In this document: positions 22,758 to 31,439 of the stretch, one piece after another
Layout: each line of letters starts with the position of its first letter
Position numbering within the stretch: the stretch's first letter is position 1
Assembly (NCBI GenBank): GCA_019748175.1
Contig: JAIEPX010000012.1
Coordinates: forward strand, 1,858 to 65,857
From: Gammaproteobacteria bacterium
GTDB lineage: Bacteria; Pseudomonadota; Gammaproteobacteria; JAIEPX01
Reading direction: 5' to 3'
Length of the DNA: 64,000 bases
Made by a program: the position numbers and the translations under genes
Notes under the pieces: model-generated
Seen by the model: the letters and a program-made list of their open reading frames with translations, nothing else
Databases searched by the model: none
Told to the model about the DNA's origin: nothing

Positions 22758-22854
22758 TATCCAAATTTACAATCATAGTGTTAGAAGAACTTTCTTTCGC
22801 GATGAGGGGTTTTAGGGGAGAGAATCGTGATTCTCTTCCCTAAGTATATTAAAG

Positions 22855-22950
22855 GAAGCATCTCCCGGTTTTTAATATCAACACCCCTGAATATGGCATT
22901 GAGTGACCAAAAAATCCAAAACCCTTAACCGGGAGATGCTGAGGGTATTG
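22855..22950. repeat. Repeat family 3, copy A (with internal hairpin)
   Basis: gcatctcccggtt...(about 55 nt)...aaccgggagatgc forms 13-bp inverted arms. The core aaaatccaaaacccttaaccgggagatgctgagggtattgacc recurs at 28996-29042 and 55593-55660. Confidence 0.65.
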
Positions 22951-23010
22951 ACCTAAACGATTCAAATTGTTAGCATTTCAAGCTTAGGAAAGTTTACATC
23001 GCTCGGACGC

Positions 23011-24357
23011 GTGTTTTTTACTAAAACAGAGTCCAATACTATGAGTGAGCATAAACGAGAACGAAATCCAGACGAATTAGATTCATCAGATGAATCTTGT
23101 CCTAAAAAGCCATCAGTTGATTACGGTGACTCATCAATTGATCTGTTAAATGATCTTGCTGATATCGCCGCTGCTCTTCCATCAAACTCATCGATTTCTG
23201 CGCAAGCTGAATCTTTTCTTTGGGATCACGCTGAAATTTTTGATGATCTACTGATCTCATCTTCACCGAAAAAGGTTGTGGATTATCTTGCTGAGAATCC
23301 GATAAGTCAAGAATACTATACAAGATTATATCAGGCGTTTACCGCGCTCATTAACAAACACTCCAGCGAAAAAATACTAAAAACAGTAAAAAATAAGTCA
23401 ACGGGTAAACGTAGAAAGAGAATTGATATTGGCAAGTTATTGAATAAATTAAAACCTTGCAATACAGTAGAGGGGTGTAAATTTTTAAGCGTATTAGACG
23501 AAGGTATCTCATCTTGGCGGTTACTTAAACTTTTTGATCTTTATCATCTATCATCACATGACGAAAAAAAACCAATTTTAGACGCTTTGATTTGGCTAGA
23601 AAAGCGGCGCAGTTTTATAAAGGCTTGCATGTCTCGAGATATGGCTCTCATGAAATGGCTAGATCATAATAAGCAATCAGAAATGAAAACGACGCTTACC
23701 AAGTTCACTATTACACTTCAAAATCTTTTCTCACAAACAAAGAGCGTCAGTATAATTGAAATAGTACAAAAACGTATAGGCGAAACCCTAAAATTTGAAG
23801 AGAGTATAGAACCCGTAGTCTACAATATGCCACTGATTATGGATATTCGAATGTTGTGGCATACATTGAGCTTTAAGCATTTAATAGATCTTCAAGATGA
23901 GATTAAAAATTCCGAGCTATTAATAGATACTGACAACAATTTTCTTATTGAAAATGAGAGCATTGCTCAATTTTTCTTTTCAACCTATCCATCTCCTTTG
24001 ACCTGTTTTCTTGAAGCTTTTAATGGTCTTGAAAAAGAAACCCGCTCAGATTATACGCTCAAAGTTGATCATGATATCTTGATGTGGTTGTTCTTGTCTC
24101 ACGTCGATAATGCCGAACTCGCAAATACAATTTTAACGCTAAGTGCCGGTGTTGATGTTGTTGCTGAAGCGTATGCTGCCCATCAAAAAGAACGAATTGC
24201 CGCACCTCTTGCAGAATCAATGGCGAGTATTTTATCTCCGATCCATAATTCTCCTACAAAAGAAAAAAGAAAACCGGATCCTGAACTTGTAACGCGATCC
24301 CCCAGAAGAAAAATTGAAAATGCGCTAAATGAAATAAGTTCTCTACAGATAAAATAG
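23011..24357 (+). CDS. Hypothetical protein (ORFan, effector-like)
   Basis: 448 aa. Acidic N-terminus, no recognisable domain, basic C-terminal tail. Confidence 0.5.
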   Translation: MFFTKTESNTMSEHKRERNPDELDSSDESCPKKPSVDYGDSSIDLLNDLADIAAALPSNSSISAQAESFLWDHAEIFDDLLISSSPKKVVDYLAENPISQEYYTRLYQAFTALINKHSSEKILKTVKNKSTGKRRKRIDIGKLLNKLKPCNTVEGCKFLSVLDEGISSWRLLKLFDLYHLSSHDEKKPILDALIWLEKRRSFIKACMSRDMALMKWLDHNKQSEMKTTLTKFTITLQNLFSQTKSVSIIEIVQKRIGETLKFEESIEPVVYNMPLIMDIRMLWHTLSFKHLIDLQDEIKNSELLIDTDNNFLIENESIAQFFFSTYPSPLTCFLEAFNGLEKETRSDYTLKVDHDILMWLFLSHVDNAELANTILTLSAGVDVVAEAYAAHQKERIAAPLAESMASILSPIHNSPTKEKRKPDPELVTRSPRRKIENALNEISSLQIK

Positions 24358-24378
24358 AAAATAAAAAAATAGCTATAA

Positions 24379-26226
24379 TTACTTTTTATTCGTTGGAGTT
24401 GATCCGCTATCTCCTGAAGAAATCTTAGGAAGTTCTGGCAACGGGGGAGAGACATCACTCGTTTTTTGATCTCGCTCGCGCTTAAGGTTTTCAACTTGCC
24501 CACTTCGTGGTTGTGCTTGAGATGTTCTTGGAGGCGCGACTGGTTTATCTGTTTTTGGCTTGCTTGGTTGAGGCGATGGACCTTGAGTTTTTCTCGGAAG
24601 CGGTAATGGAGGCTCTGAAACAGGTTTGATTCCTTCAGTTGAACCCTGAGATTCTCTTGGTAGATTTCCCGTTTGTGAAACTCTTAAAGGTTTGGGTTGA
24701 TCTACAGCTACAGCCGGAGTTTTTCTTCGAACCGGAGTAGGTGCTACCCCTAGCCTAGCTGAGACTCTACTTAGATTTTCTTTGCTTGAACTTTGAGATC
24801 CTTGAGCAGGAGTAGGCAAAGGTCGTCCTGAAGGTCGTGGTAATGGAGCAGTAGGTACCGCTGGTCGAGTTGAGACTCTACTTGGATTGTCTTTAGTTGA
24901 AGCTGGCTGAGATCCTTGACCAGGAGTAGGTAAAGGTCGTCCTGATGGTCGCGCTAGTGGAGTAATTCCCACTTGTTTAGTTGAGACTCTACTTGGACTT
25001 TCTTTAGTTGAAGCTGGCTGAGATCCTTGACCAGGAGTAGGTAAAGGTCCTCGTCCTGAAGGTCGTGGTAATGGAGCAGTAGGTACCGCTGGTCGAGTTG
25101 AGACTCTACCTGGAACCTCCTTGCCAGAAGTTCGAGGCGCTGCCTGAGGTCCGCTAGCAGACGGAGGTGGAGGTGGAGTCTGAGGTAAAGGACCTGTTGA
25201 TGGCAATGGAGGCCTAGTAGATTGCTCAGTAACTTGTCCTTGAATTACCTCTTGCTGAGGTTGCGTTCCTTTTTCTTGAGTTTCTTCTTCACTTACTGGA
25301 GCTTGTTGTACAGGTCCAGCAACAGTCCGATTCTGCGGTTGAATTTTATCAATCATCCCGTTTAATAAATTTATTGTATTACTCATGGCAGTAAACCAAC
25401 TATCAGAACTTGTATTAGCATCGACCTCAGACGTTTTCCAAGCAGATCCTTTCTCCATTTTTTTTACTTCACCTAAAAGGGCTATAAGCTTTTCCAACTT
25501 CCCTGGTAAACCCTCCGATACTGTTTTGTTTTGAAGATTTTTCATCTCTTCATGTAGATAGGCTGGTATATTCAAAACAATATCATTTCTTCCACTAGCA
25601 AGTTGTGTTTTTAGTAGCTCCCTATAGTTATCATTCTCTGGTAATCCTTTCTCTATGAATGCATAGAGTTTTTCTTTTTCGACGTATCTATTAACAGATG
25701 GAGATTCTAGAGCTTGATCTGCATTCAGCCTCTCAGCTGATCGCTCTTGCTTTAATGCTCTAATACTATCCATTGCTTGATTGATTCCATTGATCATTCC
25801 TTCACGCCATCTATCCCAAGTGCCTGGTACATCTTTATCACCTAAATTCCAAGCGGCACCCTTTTGCATCTTATCTACTTCATCTATTACTTCGCGTAAC
25901 CCATTCAAAATATCTTCTGCATTATTTGGTATTTTATTTTCTTTTAATAGATCCTTTACCTGTACTAAATAATTTGCAAGAGAACTTCTAATCTCAACTG
26001 ATCCACTCGCCAGTCTTTTATTTAATTCATTTCGATAATCTGGATTATTTATTCCTTTGACAAACTCCTGCATAAGTAGAAAATCTTGGCCAATGGCATT
26101 AATTTCTTTAACTTCTTGTTCTCTTTTTAATTCATCTTCAGTTTTGAACAAATTACTAAAAAAATTGGCAACACGAACCCACCACGGGCCTCTCACTGGT
26201 TCTCTGCTTGGATTATCTTTATTCAT
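24379..26226 (-). CDS. Proline-rich tandem-repeat protein (eukaryotic-like, candidate effector)
   Basis: 615 aa. Helical N-terminal half containing two copies of an NPDYRNEL/NDNYRELL motif. C-terminal half carries about 4 tandem copies of a 34-aa unit, PSRVSTRPAVPTAPLPRPSGRPLPTPGQGSQPASTK, and a P-rich tail. Confidence 0.6.
   Translation of the reverse strand: MNKDNPSREPVRGPWWVRVANFFSNLFKTEDELKREQEVKEINAIGQDFLLMQEFVKGINNPDYRNELNKRLASGSVEIRSSLANYLVQVKDLLKENKIPNNAEDILNGLREVIDEVDKMQKGAAWNLGDKDVPGTWDRWREGMINGINQAMDSIRALKQERSAERLNADQALESPSVNRYVEKEKLYAFIEKGLPENDNYRELLKTQLASGRNDIVLNIPAYLHEEMKNLQNKTVSEGLPGKLEKLIALLGEVKKMEKGSAWKTSEVDANTSSDSWFTAMSNTINLLNGMIDKIQPQNRTVAGPVQQAPVSEEETQEKGTQPQQEVIQGQVTEQSTRPPLPSTGPLPQTPPPPPSASGPQAAPRTSGKEVPGRVSTRPAVPTAPLPRPSGRGPLPTPGQGSQPASTKESPSRVSTKQVGITPLARPSGRPLPTPGQGSQPASTKDNPSRVSTRPAVPTAPLPRPSGRPLPTPAQGSQSSSKENLSRVSARLGVAPTPVRRKTPAVAVDQPKPLRVSQTGNLPRESQGSTEGIKPVSEPPLPLPRKTQGPSPQPSKPKTDKPVAPPRTSQAQPRSGQVENLKRERDQKTSDVSPPLPELPKISSGDSGSTPTNKK
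24740..25130. repeat. Tandem DNA repeat of about 102-108 bp (about 3.5 units) inside the proline-rich CDS
   Basis: Repeated agttgagactctacttgga...ggctgagatccttgaccaggagtaggtaaaggtcgtcctga...ggtcg units, near-identical. Confidence 0.7.
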
Positions 26227-26374
26227 GCCATACCCCCTTAAATTATCTCTACTTTAATTATAGTACACTTTCTATAACTCATTGATTTCAGGATAATTTA
26301 TTAACATCCAGCGTGAAACTGGCGTAGATAGAGGCTTTGAGGGTGCTAGGGTGAAGTATACAATAGGCTATTGG

Positions 26375-27229
26375 CTAGAAGCCTCCAACTCTTTGCTTCT
26401 TAAAGAGTAAAGAATGACCTTCTTTAGGTTCATAAAATTCTCTAATAATCTCTAGTGCTTCTTTTTTTGCCGAGGCAATGAGCGATGGAATATCAATAGT
26501 GGGATCTGCTTTTTCAATCAACGCAATCAAATGAGTAAGCATTTCTTGTGTTGTTTCAAGTCCGAATCCATTACTGATTTTAGGACCTAAACCATAATAC
26601 GCATTGTGCATACTGTTTGCACAATGCGGTTGTAATTGATCTGCGATAACAATGTTTTTCAGTGAGAATTCGAAATAATCTCGAGAACGAGATGAATTAG
26701 TTTTATTATAATAACACGCAATATCAAAATGCGTTTCGGCCAATAGTATATACCCAGGCGCATGATGAACTGCAGCCGCAGTATTAGCACGATTTAGTGC
26801 TAAAGCAAAATGATATCCATCACCTTTTTCCAGTTTTACAAGTTCTTCTGATAATGCGCGCAATGCGTGAAAACTAGAGTAGGGTGGAGCAGCCGCTTTC
26901 AATAATAATTCTCGATGCCCTGGTCTGGATCCTCGATGAAAATAATGCAAACCCGCCACACGATAAAAGGGAGCTAAAAATGCTTGGTGTTTTAGTGGAC
27001 GATATCGTAATGAAGAATTTTTTTGTGCTTCCTGATAAGTGGGTTCTGCATTCATTTTCTCCCAAATCATTTCCCAAATAGACTCAAGATCAGGATCTAG
27101 GCAACGATCAACTATTTTTTTCTTGGATTCTGAAAGTAACAAGAGTTCTGCAAAATCATTATTGACTGATTCCATCAGGGCAGTATATTTGCGCAATCCA
27201 ATTTGCTGTATTTCTTGGGACTCTTCCAT
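26375..27229 (-). CDS. Hypothetical protein (effector-like)
   Basis: 284 aa, no recognisable motif. Confidence 0.45.
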   Translation of the reverse strand: MEESQEIQQIGLRKYTALMESVNNDFAELLLLSESKKKIVDRCLDPDLESIWEMIWEKMNAEPTYQEAQKNSSLRYRPLKHQAFLAPFYRVAGLHYFHRGSRPGHRELLLKAAAPPYSSFHALRALSEELVKLEKGDGYHFALALNRANTAAAVHHAPGYILLAETHFDIACYYNKTNSSRSRDYFEFSLKNIVIADQLQPHCANSMHNAYYGLGPKISNGFGLETTQEMLTHLIALIEKADPTIDIPSLIASAKKEALEIIREFYEPKEGHSLLFKKQRVGGF

Positions 27230-27357
27230 GAGTACTCCTAATTTAACTTAGATTCTGCAGTTGAAACCTGACAAGGTGCTAATGCATGAAATCTAGATTT
27301 TATGTCGCCATAGTAATCGATTTAAGAATTTGCTTCAATATTAAATTTTACTGTTAG

Positions 27358-28932
27358 TTATTCAGTATCACTTCCCGATGAGCCAAAATTGAGAGCCCTA
27401 CTGGCAGTCGTCTCATGTTCTTCATCACCTTCATACTCTACATCAGGACCATCCAGATTAGTTACGCCATCCAATTCACCTAGTGATCGTTCTTTCACAA
27501 AGCTATCACAATCTGCAAGAAGGGCGCTCATAGGACTTAGTTCTGTTGATTTCATTTTCTGGTGAGCTACAGCTTCATCTGCCTCAGTAGGTGTTGCCGT
27601 GGATACCGAAAAATTTTTTCTATCCATTGAGAGCCTTTGCAAACGTCCGAATAACGCGGGATTGGATCTTTTAATCAGAGATAAACCTTTTACAGGAGAG
27701 TCTGCGTTGCCTGGCGTACGTGGTGGGGTGACTGACTCCCCATCTTCAATTAAAATTTCTTCATAGATTTCTTCCTCACATGACCGTCCATCTGTATCTA
27801 TAAACCATCTCTTGATTGGTGTCCTTATTATTTTTGATCTCTTTTTGCCTTGGCTCGTTTTTTTCTCAACGCTCTCTTCTGCATCTGAATCAACCTTTTC
27901 TTGAGTTAGTTGAGATCTTTGTTGATCATTTCTCTCTAATTTAGGTACAGCTACTTTCTCGTTACTTCTGAATTCTTCTGTATCATCACCTGACTCTTCT
28001 TCATCTTCGTCTACGTAATAGTCTTCATAAGTATATTCATCGTCATCGTTGGCTTCTTCGTCACTTTCTCTGACTTGATGTGCTGTAGGTACGTGAGTAG
28101 ATCTTGAACCGACCTTTTCATCGCTCCGAGCTTCATCACTTTCTTCTTCAGTAGCACACTCGAGTTCTCCTTCTATAGTCTGTCTAGCAGGTCGCGTTTC
28201 CATGTTCTCCTTAAGATCACCAATATCAGTACTCGTTCCTGATATGTGAGTATCAGTGCCATCTATTTTTACTTCAGATTTACTTTGCAGTACTCCTCTT
28301 GAAGATGTATTACTTAGACTTTCACTCAACACAGCATCTGAATTTGAAGAGACATCATTTTCCTGAGACCCCATCTCATTTTTGTTTTTCACTTTTATTG
28401 CGCGCGGTGAAAATATAGGGTCTAACTTTGGAATGATATTTTCAACGCCAAAATTTTTCCATTTAGTATGAAATTCATCAAAATATTTTGCAAATTGTGT
28501 GGGATATTCTACTAACCAGAATGTCACCACAGATCTATATCCTGTTAATCCTTTAATTGTATAGTCTTTTCTATTAATTCTGACGGTTAGTTCTTCAGCA
28601 TGAAGAGCACCTATTATTTTTATCGCATTCAGAACCATTGTTAAAAATTGAATGCCGGATTGTCTTGTGCTCGGATCACGGCTAAATTCTAATTCCTTGA
28701 TGTACTTTTCGATTTCACCAAGTATTGCATTGAAGAACTGAATAATTTCAAGCTGTGGATGAAGAGGATGATTTTTATCTTTTGTAATTTGAGTAATAAA
28801 ATAACTGACTTCATTTTTCTGCCATTGATTTTGGACAGTGGGCATTTCAGTTTGCAAATGCCTCAGAACAATATTTTGTAGTTCTTGGCGAAACCCAGTG
28901 AGTTTATCGTAGTCTGCATTTTTACTCTTCAT
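27358..28932 (-). CDS. Hyper-acidic hypothetical protein (effector-like)
   Basis: 524 aa. Structured N-terminal domain of about 180 aa, then a long D/E/S-rich low-complexity region (EEANDDDEYTYEDYYVDEDEEESGDDTEE). Confidence 0.5.
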   Translation of the reverse strand: MKSKNADYDKLTGFRQELQNIVLRHLQTEMPTVQNQWQKNEVSYFITQITKDKNHPLHPQLEIIQFFNAILGEIEKYIKELEFSRDPSTRQSGIQFLTMVLNAIKIIGALHAEELTVRINRKDYTIKGLTGYRSVVTFWLVEYPTQFAKYFDEFHTKWKNFGVENIIPKLDPIFSPRAIKVKNKNEMGSQENDVSSNSDAVLSESLSNTSSRGVLQSKSEVKIDGTDTHISGTSTDIGDLKENMETRPARQTIEGELECATEEESDEARSDEKVGSRSTHVPTAHQVRESDEEANDDDEYTYEDYYVDEDEEESGDDTEEFRSNEKVAVPKLERNDQQRSQLTQEKVDSDAEESVEKKTSQGKKRSKIIRTPIKRWFIDTDGRSCEEEIYEEILIEDGESVTPPRTPGNADSPVKGLSLIKRSNPALFGRLQRLSMDRKNFSVSTATPTEADEAVAHQKMKSTELSPMSALLADCDSFVKERSLGELDGVTNLDGPDVEYEGDEEHETTASRALNFGSSGSDTE

Positions 28933-28995
28933 TATTTATCTCCGTATTAATTTTTTAATAATTTTACATGGTGAAGATTATCAGATAATTCGTTT

Positions 28996-29042
28996 AAAGC
29001 AAGGGCCAGCCTCTCCCAAAATCCTTAACCGGGAGATGCTGT
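28996..29042. repeat. Repeat family 3, copy B (right-half type)
   Basis: ctcccaaaatccttaaccgggagatgctgtgtaatg. Confidence 0.55.
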
Positions 29043-29064
29043 GTAATGTCGGCGTTAAAAAATT

Positions 29065-30033
29065 TTAATTTTTTGAACAAATTTTATCGGCTAAATAGCC
29101 TACAGATCCTGCATAAAAGGTTGAATTATTGTAAGTTTTTATGATGTTAAAATTGTGGAAGGCGAGTAGAGCAGGGCCACCTAATGGCATGATAATTGCA
29201 GCTTCAAGCTCTGGTGAAAGGTGTTTTGGAACTTCGACGCCGAGCTCTTCCCATTCAGACAAAGGGCGTGCGTTTTCAAAACCGTAAAGAGATTCGTCAA
29301 AATCATCAGGTAAGGTTGTTTCTAGTGCCCAAGGCTCATTACTGTGCCATCCATTTTTTTTAAGGTAGTTAGCAATAGAGGCCAATACATCATCAGTGCT
29401 ATTCCAGATGTCTTTTTTGCCATCGCCGTCGTAATCAACTGCGTATTTGTACCAACTTGAAGGCAAAAATTGAGTCTGTCCCGATGCGCCTGCCCATTCA
29501 CCTTTAAAGTTTGAGAAACTGACATGATGATCATTAAGAATTTTGAGTGCCAACAGAAGTTCATGCCGAAAGAACGTTTTGCGGTGCCCTTGGTAGGCCA
29601 ACGTTGCGAGTGAGGTGATGACAGGGAAGTTGCCTTTAAAGTGGCCGTAACTCGATTCAAGTCCCCAGAGGGCTGTAATTATGCAAGGGTTTACGTGGTA
29701 GTCGGCAGCAATTTTCTGAAGTAAATCTTGGTATTTGCTGTATTCGCGACGACCCAAAATAATTCTAAATGTATCGATGCGAGATTTACGATACTCGGCG
29801 TAGGTGAGGCGTTTTTCCGGTTGGGTTTTATCAAAGTGTTGGACACGTTGGCTAGGTTGAACGCCTTCAAACGCTGAGTCGAATACTTGCGGGCGGATGC
29901 CTTGCGCTAAGGCTTCTTTTCGAAGGTTTTGTACCCAGTTTTGCCAGTCAGAATTCTCTTGATTTTGTTGTGCGTAGCTCGCCATCGAGATGAATATCCC
30001 AACAATAATACCAACGAAAAAACCTTTACTCAT
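29065..30033 (-). CDS. Lytic murein transglycosylase (MltB/SLT_2 family)
   Basis: Signal/transmembrane N-terminus. Catalytic region LWGLESSYGHF... Confidence 0.7.
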   Translation of the reverse strand: MSKGFFVGIIVGIFISMASYAQQNQENSDWQNWVQNLRKEALAQGIRPQVFDSAFEGVQPSQRVQHFDKTQPEKRLTYAEYRKSRIDTFRIILGRREYSKYQDLLQKIAADYHVNPCIITALWGLESSYGHFKGNFPVITSLATLAYQGHRKTFFRHELLLALKILNDHHVSFSNFKGEWAGASGQTQFLPSSWYKYAVDYDGDGKKDIWNSTDDVLASIANYLKKNGWHSNEPWALETTLPDDFDESLYGFENARPLSEWEELGVEVPKHLSPELEAAIIMPLGGPALLAFHNFNIIKTYNNSTFYAGSVGYLADKICSKN

Positions 30034-30122
30034 TAACGTATCTCCAAAATAGAACTTACCATTATAGTCTATTTTCGAAACCTCGACAGAAACTTTTCAA
30101 ATACGAAAACATTAAGAGTATT

Positions 30123-30686
30123 AAGGAGTTGGACTGGGCAAGATCTACCTTTTCAAGACCGCCGTAAATACATCCCTGTAGGCTTCGGTCGAAACATCCT
30201 GTTTCTCACGATCTTGAAAAGGTAGATCTTGCCCAGTCTTCTCAACTCCGTGCTAAGTTTTTATTTCTTTAGCTCTGGAGACTTTTTTAAAAAAATCGCG
30301 AAACAAAGTTCATTGTTCAACAGTGGCAACGAAATATTCTCCATTGGCTCGGCTGCGTACAGACAAGTCAGGTATAGCCTTTCAAGATCGTTGACGAACG
30401 AAGACTACATGGAAGTATTTACGGCGGTCTTGAAAGGCTATACCTGACTTAGTCTGTAGAAGCAGCAAAATGAAAACGCCAATTTAAAACACGGAAAAAA
30501 AATTATCCTAAGTCGCGTAGGCGAAGAATCCAACTTTCTTGGAGGGAAATAAAGCGCAGCGAGGGGGACCCGAGCGAGCCATTCCCGGAAAGACAGTCGG
30601 ATTCTCGCGCCGACTTTAAGAACCCAACGAATTTCTACGAAACGAACGCGGCCTTGAAAAGGTTGTCTTGCCCAGTCTAACTCCTT
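30123..30686. repeat. Nested inverted-repeat element (MITE-like, or a structured ncRNA or regulatory array)
   Basis: Outer 34-bp terminal inverted repeats at 30123-30157 and 30653-30686 (aaggagttggactgggcaaga...). Inner perfect inverted-repeat pairs at 30131-30157/30211-30237, 30159-30171/30414-30426 and 30367-30387/30428-30448. The decamer CCTTTTCAAG occurs 5 times in alternating orientation. Confidence 0.6.
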
Positions 30687-30832
30687 AAAATTTCTTTAAT
30701 TCCTTTTTTGCGGAAAATGCGTCGGATTGTAACGCCGACTTTGGTAACTCGTTGAATTTAAGCGAAGTTTAAGTAGGTGTATTTACTTAAGACTTTCTTA
30801 ATCTTAGAAGAGTATAATAGGTCCTGTATTGA

Positions 30833-31288
30833 TTGATTTTTGACAGGAATTCATTTAGAATCCGCCTTAATTTAGAAGTGAAAAGGATAAATAGCTTGAG
30901 TAGTTACAGACAAATTTTGACAGCACTTGGCGATGCTCAAGTTACACTGCGAACTGTGGCTGATACTACACAACATTTTTTACATGAAACGTTACTAAAA
31001 ATTGCAACTCGATTGCGGGAGAGCCATACAATGACTACAAATATTACAATGACCCAACTTGCTCAGGGATACCCTATGGCAGATACTGCGGCCACACCTG
31101 CACCAGAATCTAATCGTACTGAACTCCAAAACGAAATTTCACCCGAAATGTTAGCTGAAATTGCTCAAACACCCGTGACTAAATCTCAACAAGAAAACCA
31201 AAAATCGTTCAAACCACGTCCGGCGTTTATGCAGTCCGATACTGAAGAACTTGAACATCAAAAAGTCTTTAATCCAAAACCTCGTTAA
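30833..31288 (+). CDS. Hypothetical protein (start uncertain; may begin at internal MTTNITM)
   Basis: 151-aa ORF followed by a clear intrinsic terminator. Confidence 0.3.
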   Translation: MIFDRNSFRIRLNLEVKRINSLSSYRQILTALGDAQVTLRTVADTTQHFLHETLLKIATRLRESHTMTTNITMTQLAQGYPMADTAATPAPESNRTELQNEISPEMLAEIAQTPVTKSQQENQKSFKPRPAFMQSDTEELEHQKVFNPKPR

Positions 31289-31324
31289 ATGTAAAATGTA
31301 ATTCAACGATCAATTCCTTCTAAA

Positions 31325-31360
31325 AGTAGTGACTCAACACGTTGAGAACTACTTTTTTTT
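31325..31360 (+). terminator. Rho-independent terminator
   Basis: agtagtgactcaacacgttgagaactact (nested 6+6 bp stems) followed by an 8-nt T run. Confidence 0.6.
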
Positions 31361-31439
31361 ACCTGCTACAACGACAAAAATCTCTAGCCAATAACTATTG
31401 AATCCATTAACATTAGTTCTTACGAAATAGAGGGACTAA

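Noticed and set aside
30123-30686. Possible CRISPR array, because of the many short repeats
   Set aside because: The repeats are inverted or nested rather than regularly spaced direct repeats with unique spacers. No cas genes lie nearby.
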